DNA of 64,000 nucleotides from Minisyncoccota bacterium (GTDB lineage Bacteria; Patescibacteriota; Minisyncoccia; JBAYJV01): NCBI GenBank assembly GCA_041664925.1, contig JBAYJV010000001.1, positions 293,262 to 357,261 of the forward strand, read 5' to 3'. Shown piece by piece: positions 56,156 to 64,000 of this stretch (position 1 is its first letter; each line of letters starts with the position of its first letter). The notes under the pieces were generated by a model. It saw only the letters and a program-made list of their open reading frames with translations, ran no database searches and was not told where the DNA came from. The position numbers and the translations under genes were made by a program.

Positions 56156-59110
56156 TTATACTTTTTTAATGCCAATTTTTACAGGTTGATCATCAATTAA
56201 GATATCACTTTGATGATCTGAAGCAAAATCAGGTTCATTGATAAATATTTCTGTTGATCCTGTAACAGATAGTATGTATGATTCGTGTTTTTTTATTGCA
56301 GAAACTATTCCCGGTGAGCTTGTGCAGTAGTTAGTTTTAATTTTGTCTTGAGGCATTTTTCCTGCCTCTTTTCTTAGGATTTGCGTGTGACGAATTACTT
56401 CTCTGGATAATCCTTCTTCTTTTAATTCGGGAGTAATGCTTGTATTTAAACTAATCCAACAAGAACCATCTTTTTCTGTAATCCATTCGGGAGAATTATC
56501 GATAGAATTTACCAGTTTAATGGTTTTTACATTAAGCTCATCACGGACTATTGATTCCCAGAAAGGAGTTTTATTTTTAAAGTTAATATTTGACCTAATT
56601 TCTGAAAGCGGTTGTCTTACTTTAATATTTGAGTTTTTTCTTGCTCTCAAGCCAAGACCAATAAGAGTTTTCAGCAACACCACATCTTCTAGAATTTTTC
56701 TATCTTCTTCTGTGATTTCTTTTGTTTCTAGCCACTTTTCCAAATGAATACTTTCAGGAAGATTTTTATCAGAAAATACATTATTTCTCAGATTTTGATA
56801 TATATGCTCAGACGTAAACGGGGTAAAAGGCGCCAATAATTTAGTAATTTCATATATAGTCTTTACTAAAACCAAAATGCTTGTTTTGTCAGAATCTTTT
56901 TTGAGGCGCGTTCTTGACCAGTGAATATAACTATAAGACAAATCACCAACAAGCTCATCAACGACTCTGGCAGCTTTGACGATTTCAAATTTATCAAGAG
57001 CCAGAGTAGTCTGTTTTTGTGTATCTGCCAACCTTATCAAGAGCCATTGGTCTAGAATATGAGCTACTTTTAAGTTGTCCAAATCATTAATTGATATTTT
57101 TTTCTTGTTATCAATATAAAAATTTAGAAAACTAAAACTATTTTCTAATAAAAGAAGTTGGAATAAAGACTTTTTTATATCTTTTTCGTCAAATCTCTTT
57201 GGGTCTCCGGGTTGGTTAATGGTAAAGAAATACCACCTAATCGCATCTGCACCGTATTTATCAATAATTTCATTCGGAGAAACGATATTGCCCTTCGATT
57301 TGGACATTTTATTTCCTTTACTATCGAGAACATGGCCGAGGCAAACGACGTTTTTGTATGGAGATTCTTGGTCCAAAAGAACTGATACCGCTAAAAGAGT
57401 GTAGAACCAGCCGCGGGTTTGGTCAATTGCTTCGGCGATATAGTCAGCAGGAAACAATTCGGGATGATTTGAATTTTTAATCTGCTTGTCCTTCATAGTT
57501 TTAGCGGAGGAGAAAGTTTGTTTGAAGGGAAAGTGAGCTTGTCCGAATGGCATTGATCCTGAATCAAACCAAACATCAAGGACATACGGCTCTCTTTTCA
57601 TTGAACCTCCGCATTCACATACAAGATTAACATCGTCAATATATGGTCTATGGGGATCTACGATCTTTTGTCCTAGTTCTTCAAATGAACCAATGCACTT
57701 AGTCTTATTACAAGATGGGCAACGCCAAACAGGGAAGGGAGTACCCCAATAACGTTCTCTGGTAATTGCCCAATCCTTTACGCCATTAAGCCACTCGCCA
57801 AATCTACCTTCCTTTAAATGTTCAGGAAGCCAATTAATTTTTTCATTTGCCCTGATCAATTTTTGCTGAATTTCGGTTACTTTTATAAACCATGACTGTT
57901 TTGCGTAATAGATTAGAGGCGATTTACATCTCCAACAAAAAGGATAATCGTGGCTCACTAGTTCCTGTTTCAAGAGAATATCTTTTTCTTTAAGGTAATC
58001 GACGAGATCTTTTTCGGTCTCCTTCGTTTTGACCTGTTTTTCTTCAAAACCAGTTACTAATTTATTGAATTTTCCTTCTTCGTTTACGGTGTGAATTTTT
58101 GGAAGATTGTATTTTGTACCAAGATCAAAGTCATCGTTACCATACATGGAAGCGATATGAACAACGCCCGTGCCGTCTTGTTCTGTTACAAAGTCAGCGC
58201 AGTATATTTTATAAGAATTTTCTGTTTGTAAATCTTTTATATCAAAAATCGCTTCGTATTCTAAGCCTTCAATATCTTTTCCTTTAAATTCTTTAATAAT
58301 TTTATATGGCCCTTCAATAACAGAGGGTCTGGATTTTGCTAAAATGAAATTCTTATCGTCCTTTTCGATTAAGACATAATCCATTTTTTTACCAACTGCC
58401 AATGCAACATTGCCAGGGAGTGTCCAAGGAGTAGTAGTCCAAGATAAGATGTAGGCATCTTTTTTGAAAACAAGGTCTTCAATTTTTTGATTTGGTCTTA
58501 CTTTTAATTTTATATAAACAGAATTTTCTCTTATATTTTCGTATCCTTGAGCGAGTTCGTGACTTGAAAGACCAGTGCCGCAACGAGAACACCAAGGAAC
58601 AATCTTAAAATCTTCATAAAGCAGACCCTCATCCCAAATTTGTTTTAAAATCCACCAAAGAGTTTCGATATAATCTGAACTGTATGTGATGTATGGATTA
58701 TCCATATCTATCCAGTAACCAATGCGCTCAGTCATTGTTCTAAAAACAGGGATCAATTCGTCAACAGTTTTTCGACATTCTTTATTAAATTCAGCAATGC
58801 CATACTTTTCGATGTCTTTTTTAGACTTAAAGCCTAATTTTTTCTCAACTTGAAGCTCTACGGGTAAACCATGAGTATCCCAGCCATTTTTACGCGCAAC
58901 ATGGAAACCGCGCATCGTTTTATATCGAGCAATAATATCTTTATAAACGCGAGCTTCAACATGATGAATACCAGGTTCCGCATTAACTGTTATGGGTCCG
59001 TCATAAAAAACAAATTCAGGAGCGCCATCAGTGGCTCTTAGGGTTTTTTTAAAAATATCTTCTTTTTTCCAAAAATCCAGAATTTTTTGTTCTTTTTCTT
59101 TAAAATCCAT
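56156..59110 (-). CDS. ileS: isoleucyl-tRNA synthetase
   Basis: FVFYDGP...PGIHHV (HIGH), WTTTPWTLPGNVALAV editing-domain signature, KMSKSKGN, zinc-binding Cys clusters; 984 aa. Confidence 0.8.
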   Translation of the reverse strand: MDFKEKEQKILDFWKKEDIFKKTLRATDGAPEFVFYDGPITVNAEPGIHHVEARVYKDIIARYKTMRGFHVARKNGWDTHGLPVELQVEKKLGFKSKKDIEKYGIAEFNKECRKTVDELIPVFRTMTERIGYWIDMDNPYITYSSDYIETLWWILKQIWDEGLLYEDFKIVPWCSRCGTGLSSHELAQGYENIRENSVYIKLKVRPNQKIEDLVFKKDAYILSWTTTPWTLPGNVALAVGKKMDYVLIEKDDKNFILAKSRPSVIEGPYKIIKEFKGKDIEGLEYEAIFDIKDLQTENSYKIYCADFVTEQDGTGVVHIASMYGNDDFDLGTKYNLPKIHTVNEEGKFNKLVTGFEEKQVKTKETEKDLVDYLKEKDILLKQELVSHDYPFCWRCKSPLIYYAKQSWFIKVTEIQQKLIRANEKINWLPEHLKEGRFGEWLNGVKDWAITRERYWGTPFPVWRCPSCNKTKCIGSFEELGQKIVDPHRPYIDDVNLVCECGGSMKREPYVLDVWFDSGSMPFGQAHFPFKQTFSSAKTMKDKQIKNSNHPELFPADYIAEAIDQTRGWFYTLLAVSVLLDQESPYKNVVCLGHVLDSKGNKMSKSKGNIVSPNEIIDKYGADAIRWYFFTINQPGDPKRFDEKDIKKSLFQLLLLENSFSFLNFYIDNKKKISINDLDNLKVAHILDQWLLIRLADTQKQTTLALDKFEIVKAARVVDELVGDLSYSYIHWSRTRLKKDSDKTSILVLVKTIYEITKLLAPFTPFTSEHIYQNLRNNVFSDKNLPESIHLEKWLETKEITEEDRKILEDVVLLKTLIGLGLRARKNSNIKVRQPLSEIRSNINFKNKTPFWESIVRDELNVKTIKLVNSIDNSPEWITEKDGSCWISLNTSITPELKEEGLSREVIRHTQILRKEAGKMPQDKIKTNYCTSSPGIVSAIKKHESYILSVTGSTEIFINEPDFASDHQSDILIDDQPVKIGIKKV

Positions 59111-59235
59111 GCTCTAAAAGTAAAATTTAGACAAAAATCAAAAACAAGAAAACCAGACGCGAACGACTTTCTTTTATAATATCACAAAGGATCTAAAATT
59201 AAAGAGCTCAATAAGCTTATAAAAAGTTCTTAGTA

Positions 59236-59263
59236 TTGATTTTTAGACACATTTTTGTATAAT
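59236..59263 (+). promoter_or_regulatory. sigma70-type promoter (TTGATT -35, 16-nt spacer, TG-TATAAT -10)
   Basis: near-consensus hexamers at 59236-41 and 59258-63. Confidence 0.5.
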
Positions 59264-59269
59264 AAAAAT

Positions 59270-59427
59270 ACAGAGAGGAAATCTCTATGCCAGAAGCGTT
59301 CATGGAGAAGGAGGAAACCATGAAGAAACGCCTCGGAGTGCTGTCTGTCGTTACCATCTGAACGCGTAACACAAAACAGGTGGAACACAAGTGACAGAAG
59401 AGGTAGAGAAGCATCTACCTCTTTTTA
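59270..59427 (+). ncRNA. short independent transcript (about 150 nt) with RBS and 14-25-codon hydrophobic ORF (M(PEAFMEKEET)MKKRLGVLSVVTI), ending in intrinsic terminator; sRNA or small-protein gene
   Basis: promoter, AGGAGG 7 nt before ATG 59320, stop 59359-61, hairpin GAGGTAGA-gaagca-TCTACCTC + T5 at 59400-59427; GC-rich relative to surroundings. Confidence 0.4.
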
Positions 59428-59436
59428 ATTATTACA

Positions 59437-60372
59437 TTATTGCAAGGGAAACTCTGATAATCTTACAAAACTATATCCTTGATCTTTGAGGATCGGCAAA
59501 GTTTCCTTTATGCCTTCAAAAGTTTTTCCCTGAGGATGATTCATGTGAAAAAGAAAAATCGATCCGGGAGTTGCTCTTGAAAGAGTTTTCTTAATTTGAT
59601 CGATAGAAAACTTTGCGCCGCCATCTCCAGCAATGCTAAAGCCTGCAACTTGATATCCTAGTTCGTTGGCGATTGCTACACAAACCTCATCGTAATAAGC
59701 GGTACCTGAACGATAAAAACTTGTTTTTTTACCCGTAATAGCTTCAATTTTTTTTGCATTTTTTTCAATTTCATCAACAACTTCTCCAATGTTTTTTGTG
59801 CCTAGGATATTGTAAGCAGATTTTCCATTAATTGAGCAGGGCTTGTGAGTGAGACCATGATTTTCGATTTCAAAAAGCGGGTCTTGTGATAAATCCTTTG
59901 CAATCTCCTTGTTTTTATCAACCCAACTACCGCTCAAGAACAATGTGGCACTGATTTGGCTGGTCTTAAGATAATCAATTAACTCCTTGTCGTAACCGCT
60001 GCCACCCGAACCTCCGCAAGCATCAAAAGTTAGGGCAATAATTTTATCATTTGTATTTAGGCGAGATTTTACGCCCGTAATTTTCTCTCCCCACTCAAAA
60101 GGAATAGAGGCGCCAAAAACAGACAAAATGTATTGTTTGACAGCTTCGTAATCATAAACATCATTAATCCCTGGTTTATTGGTAATTGCTTCATCTTCTA
60201 TTACTGGTAATTTTTGAACAATTCTATTTCTATTTAAATCCAAAAAGCTACTTGTTAATATATCAGATTGTTTAGTGGTATTTGTGCCCAATAAGACAAA
60301 AAAGAAAATCATTAAAAAAATGGTCACAAAAAGCTTAACCGCAAAACTGATTTCTATTTTTTTAATAGACAT
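59437..60372 (-). CDS. polysaccharide deacetylase (CE4/NodB-homology) family protein, membrane-anchored
   Basis: TFDACGG (TFDDG-like), HGLTH, FLFHMNH motifs; N-terminal TM. Confidence 0.6.
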   Translation of the reverse strand: MSIKKIEISFAVKLFVTIFLMIFFFVLLGTNTTKQSDILTSSFLDLNRNRIVQKLPVIEDEAITNKPGINDVYDYEAVKQYILSVFGASIPFEWGEKITGVKSRLNTNDKIIALTFDACGGSGGSGYDKELIDYLKTSQISATLFLSGSWVDKNKEIAKDLSQDPLFEIENHGLTHKPCSINGKSAYNILGTKNIGEVVDEIEKNAKKIEAITGKKTSFYRSGTAYYDEVCVAIANELGYQVAGFSIAGDGGAKFSIDQIKKTLSRATPGSIFLFHMNHPQGKTFEGIKETLPILKDQGYSFVRLSEFPLQ

Positions 60373-60448
60373 ATAACCATTATATAATTATTTTCCATCA
60401 AAAAAACCCTCAAAGAGAAGGTTTTTTTGTTTTTTTACTTGATTATTT

Positions 60449-61963
60449 TTACTGAGCCGATTTTTCTAAAAGTGGCACTGGATAATCTGATTGAGTCTGG
60501 TTTACAAGTTCCTCAACTAGCGGAACAATAATATTTTTCTTTAAATTATAATCGGCATTTTGAGGAAAATCTTTGACGGGGAAGTTAAGGGCAGGAACAA
60601 GAAGTTCATCGGAAACACCGGTAATATTATCATATTTCCAGTATTTCATGTAAACTTTTTCAGGGTTTCCAAGCTTAATGTCTTGTGTTTTACTTCCTTG
60701 GTCAGAGTAATAGTAATTATTCATGCCACCGCGTTCAGCGAGACTCAAAATATCAGAAACGCTGGCAACTTTATAGGATGAACGATCATAGTTTTGTGTT
60801 GATAGGTTGTAGATGCTTGCGACTTGCTTATTTCTAATATCAACGCTGACGGTTAATCCAGAAATTTCACCGTAAGATTCGTAGACTTTTTTACCATCGA
60901 TGACTAGGGGATAAATGACTTGCATTTCTTCTGGTACTGCCATGCTGCCATCCTCGATTTGGCTGACATAAGTTCTCCAAGTTTGGCTAACCTCTGGTTT
61001 GCCATATGTTTTTGTATTAATCCCAAATTCATCAATAAAATCGTTGGTTATTTTAATTAGCGTCTCATCTCCAGGAACATCATTTAAGGTTAATGGGTTT
61101 GAGGCTGGAACTTCGCATCTTGCGCTGGATAGTTCAAGACAACGACTCTGGTTTTGCCATGTTCGCCAATTTTTATAAATTGAAATTGTGCCTTCGTAAA
61201 AACCTAAATAAACAGAATAGCCCCGATCTTTTTCTTGATATAAAGTTATACCCTCCACCTTGGAATTGCCAAGAGCTCCTAAGTTTATAAGCCCCAGATT
61301 AACACCCTTAATCATTCTTGCAACGCTGGAGGCTGAGTTTTCTCCTTTTATTCTTTTAAGCACATCAACGCTATCATCATTAATAACGATTTCTTCGCCG
61401 TCGTAAATATATCTATAATTAGTTAATTCAATAGGAGGCATAGCTGCCGTTCCTGAGTTACCTCCACCTCCGCGACCAGTAACTTGAGTATCTGATAATA
61501 CTTTAGTTGTTTCCGACGGAGCTGGAGCTGATCCGGCGCCAAGACCTTCTGTCTGAGGAACATTATTAGTATTTTGATCGGCTAATTTTCCAAATCCATT
61601 TTCTTGAATTTTATTAAAAGAGATAATCCCGCCAAAACCGTTATTTGATTTTTGAGAGAAATAAATGCCACCAACCAACAAAACAACAACTAAGCTTCCG
61701 GCGATAGCGTAGGCGGATGTCCCAAAATTAAAGATTGAAGCAATACTAAATTTCTTTTCTTTTTCTTCTTTAAGTTCTTCAATTCGTGCCATAATTTCGT
61801 TTTTTAATCTTTCTTTAAAAGCTTCGTCAATAATGATATCGGGCTTAGTTTCGAGAAGATGGCTGATGATTTTCTTTAACTCTTTTTCGTATCGTTTTAA
61901 AGAAACGTCTATTTGATAAACTTCCCCTAGAAGTTCTTCGATTTTTTGAGATTTGTTTTTCAT
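60449..61963 (-). CDS. membrane-spanning protein co-transcribed with ECF sigma factor (putative anti-sigma factor with large extracytoplasmic domain)
   Basis: 4-bp gap from sigma gene, about 80-aa cytoplasmic N-terminus, single TM, about 400-aa C-terminal domain. Confidence 0.4.
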   Translation of the reverse strand: MKNKSQKIEELLGEVYQIDVSLKRYEKELKKIISHLLETKPDIIIDEAFKERLKNEIMARIEELKEEKEKKFSIASIFNFGTSAYAIAGSLVVVLLVGGIYFSQKSNNGFGGIISFNKIQENGFGKLADQNTNNVPQTEGLGAGSAPAPSETTKVLSDTQVTGRGGGGNSGTAAMPPIELTNYRYIYDGEEIVINDDSVDVLKRIKGENSASSVARMIKGVNLGLINLGALGNSKVEGITLYQEKDRGYSVYLGFYEGTISIYKNWRTWQNQSRCLELSSARCEVPASNPLTLNDVPGDETLIKITNDFIDEFGINTKTYGKPEVSQTWRTYVSQIEDGSMAVPEEMQVIYPLVIDGKKVYESYGEISGLTVSVDIRNKQVASIYNLSTQNYDRSSYKVASVSDILSLAERGGMNNYYYSDQGSKTQDIKLGNPEKVYMKYWKYDNITGVSDELLVPALNFPVKDFPQNADYNLKKNIIVPLVEELVNQTQSDYPVPLLEKSAQ

Positions 61964-61967
61964 GATT

Positions 61968-62540
61968 CTATTTAATTAGTTTAATTAACAGAACAAGTAA
62001 GAGAAGGTGAGTTAAGTTTTGCCTTAGATCTTTCATGACTCTAGAAAAAACCATTTTACAACTTGCCTCTGATTTTCCTAGGATTTGAGAAATTTCTTTA
62101 TAGCTTAAATCATCCCAAACGCGCATAACCACAATTTCTTGTTGCTCTTTAGTAAGCTTAGTTAAATATTTTTTAACTTCTTCGATACTTTGTTGGTTTT
62201 GCAACTGACTATGGAGATCTAGATTGTCAGAAATTCCCCAAAAATCGGCGAGATCAAATTCATTTTTCTTGCTTCGGTAATGGTCAATGACAATATTATG
62301 GGCGATTCGATAGAGCCAAGAGGAAAATTTTCCTTTGTCAGAACTAAAGCGCTCAATATTTTCAAGAGCTTTCATAAATGTTTTAGATGTTAAATCCTCA
62401 GCAAGCTCTTTGTGAAAAGTTTTATAATAAATAAAATTATAAATCTTTTGAAGATACTGGTCATAAAGCGCTCCAAACATTTCCAATTCTCCCTTTTGGC
62501 ACTTTTTAATTATTAAATTTTCGTTAATTGTTGCCTCCAT
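61968..62540 (-). CDS. ECF-family (sigma-70 group 4) RNA polymerase sigma factor
   Basis: region 2 (YDQYLQKIYNFIYYKT..ELAEDLTSKTFMKA) and region 4 HTH (LSYKEISQILGKSEASCKMVFSR). Confidence 0.8.
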   Translation of the reverse strand: MEATINENLIIKKCQKGELEMFGALYDQYLQKIYNFIYYKTFHKELAEDLTSKTFMKALENIERFSSDKGKFSSWLYRIAHNIVIDHYRSKKNEFDLADFWGISDNLDLHSQLQNQQSIEEVKKYLTKLTKEQQEIVVMRVWDDLSYKEISQILGKSEASCKMVFSRVMKDLRQNLTHLLLLVLLIKLIK

Positions 62541-62775
62541 ATTTTTGTTTGTAACATTATTAAGCCGTAACGCTTTTCATTATACCATTTTATTTAAGAA
62601 TGGCGTATCTGGCGATATAACTGAATCCAGCTACAATTGCAGAGGCAAACAAAGTGATGCCGATTATTTTAGTCATGCTTTTATAAAAAATAATAACCTC
62701 CTTCTCGTATTTACTACGGATAATATTAAAAAAAGTAACGAATAATCATTGCTTTTGAATTAAAATAATAAAAAA

Positions 62776-62800
62776 GCCCGTGACTTATTCGCGGGCGGGG
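62776..62800 (-). terminator. terminator overlapping stop of 62785..63444 (GCCCG-tgacttattcg-CGGGC then T-rich on minus strand)
   Basis: hairpin + TTTTTTATTATTTT on minus strand. Confidence 0.5.
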
Positions 62801-63444
62801 AAGAGATCAAACTTTCCTGCTGCTTGGGCTTCAAAAGTTGTTCCGTTTGGATTTGCGATTTTCCAAACCAGAAATGCCAAGACCTTGTCTATTAAGTCTG
62901 GAGAAAATACTGATTCTGGCATATCTGACGAAACGATGATAGGCGACTCTCTTACTTCGAATTCTTTCCGATCTTCTGTTCCAAGAAGTACGCTCTTGGT
63001 AGTTTGAATATGTTTATCGACAATGCCAAGTCCCCATAGCTCAAGATGTGGAGTAGGGCTACTCATAGATAAACAAAGATCATACAATCTTGACAGATTA
63101 TTAACCTCTGGACACCATCGCTTTGCTAGTTCGTCATCTTTTTCTCTGAGAGCTTTTCTAAGAGCATTAATGCGTTGCTTAAAGTTCTCCCTTTCAAGGA
63201 ACGTAAGGACCAATTTATCTCTGAAAAAAACCAGGACAACGTGGTCACTTCTTGGAGAATCAATCAAAAACCAATCATAATAGTTATGTTCTGTGTGGGA
63301 ATTATGAGGGTCACGATCATTCGACGACGGAAGATAACACCTTGGCCAAATATCTGTAGCCTCTGCTCCAAAAATACCTCTTAGTTTTAGAAAAATCTGA
63401 TGTAAAACAGCTTCAGTGCCTAATGTAATGACACCTTTTTCCAT
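62785..63444 (-). CDS. hypothetical protein
   Basis: 219-aa ORF, no recognisable motifs. Confidence 0.35.
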   Translation of the reverse strand: MEKGVITLGTEAVLHQIFLKLRGIFGAEATDIWPRCYLPSSNDRDPHNSHTEHNYYDWFLIDSPRSDHVVLVFFRDKLVLTFLERENFKQRINALRKALREKDDELAKRWCPEVNNLSRLYDLCLSMSSPTPHLELWGLGIVDKHIQTTKSVLLGTEDRKEFEVRESPIIVSSDMPESVFSPDLIDKVLAFLVWKIANPNGTTFEAQAAGKFDLFPARE

Positions 63445-63594
63445 TTTTTCCTCCCTTTTATTTAAAGAACTAAAGACGGATATATTCTACCAAATAATTG
63501 GCAAAAAATCAACTGATCGGACGGTTTACGACAAACCTAACCATTTATTAATAAATAAAAAAGTCTATCAAAAAGAGGACTTAGAATATTTGTT

Positions 63595-64000
63595 CTATTT
63601 ATTTAATGATTTTTTTGCTTCTTCTAGAAAAATCAAATCTCTTTTTATAATGAAACCGCCATCGTAAGTTGTAGGACTGCTTTGTTCAATAAGCTTAATC
63701 GCCTCATCGATGCTTATCCAGACCAATTGAAAGCCTTCTTTTATTTCATCTGGCTCAAAAGATGGTTCTTTTTTTGTTCCAATAACTTGGGCAATATAAC
63801 AAAAAGATGTTTGAATAATACCATTTGAATCTTGATAATCATCTTGACCACGATACTCAACAATTTTTCCAATCTCTCCAGTGATCTCTAAATTACAGCC
63901 AGCTTCTTCAAGAGTCTCCCTTACGGCAGCCTCAATTGGAGATTCGTCTTTTTCGACACCACCTCCGGGAAGTTTGTAATATCCTGCCTTGGAAACGTAG
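63595..64000 (-). CDS. NUDIX hydrolase (5'-truncated by window edge)
   Basis: NUDIX box GGGVEKDESPIEAAVRETLEEAGC on minus strand; stop at 63595-63597; not in ORF track because start lies outside window. Confidence 0.75.
   Translation of the reverse strand, partial: YVSKAGYYKLPGGGVEKDESPIEAAVRETLEEAGCNLEITGEIGKIVEYRGQDDYQDSNGIIQTSFCYIAQVIGTKKEPSFEPDEIKEGFQLVWISIDEAIKLIEQSSPTTYDGGFIIKRDLIFLEEAKKSLNK

Noticed and set aside
59111-59436. T-box leader for ileS
   Set aside because: Structured GC-rich element is oriented on the plus strand (own promoter and terminator), i.e. transcribed away from ileS. The T-box core is not matched.

Overview
This 64-kb window is an AT-rich (about one-third GC), gene-dense bacterial chromosome segment, by inference Patescibacteria/CPR-like, made up mostly of housekeeping genes and including the likely replication origin. 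Its features include a stand-alone Pol I-type 5'-3' exonuclease, a FemAB-family gene, a DciA-like gene beside dnaN, many ATGA start/stop overlaps, and a ~22-kb uninterrupted minus-strand gene array. Almost all of it appears to be protein-coding, and no rRNA, tRNA or CRISPR was recognised.

Housekeeping content: DNA repair and replication genes (uvrB, lexA, xseAB, fpg, recO, holA, a 5'-3' exonuclease), four aminoacyl-tRNA synthetases (tyrS, metG, glyQS, ileS), metK, truB, rpsT, rsmI, tsaE, and murE with a FemAB-family gene.

Most notable: (1) a co-directional cluster (about 41.9-50.7 kb) that looks like a split rifampin-phosphotransferase-like system. It has one stand-alone PPDK_N ATP-grasp subunit and three tandem paralogs, each carrying a divergent ~400-aa N-terminal module plus a C-terminal PEP-utilizing-enzyme phosphohistidine swivel domain. 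A histidine-phosphatase-family gene, a degenerate ATCase-fold protein and an M20 amidohydrolase sit alongside. Two of the paralogs share near-identical 3' ends, which suggests gene conversion. (2) The likely replication origin: dnaA-dnaN followed by a DUF721/DciA-like gene, with DnaA boxes flanking dnaA. A second tight cluster of four DnaA boxes lies between tyrS and lexA. (3) An accessory island between tatD and metG carrying a radical-SAM/SPASM enzyme, a GT2, a higBA module, and a GT2 plus methyltransferase pair that is flanked by a duplicated ~65-bp gene-end/terminator repeat. (4) A genome-wide habit of heptanucleotide tandem repeats (4-6 units) in intergenic regions and inserted in-frame in tsaE and tatD. 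(5) Several small GC-rich islets with strong ribosome-binding sites encoding tiny Cys-rich or hydrophobic peptides, including a promoter-to-terminator mini-transcript next to ileS.
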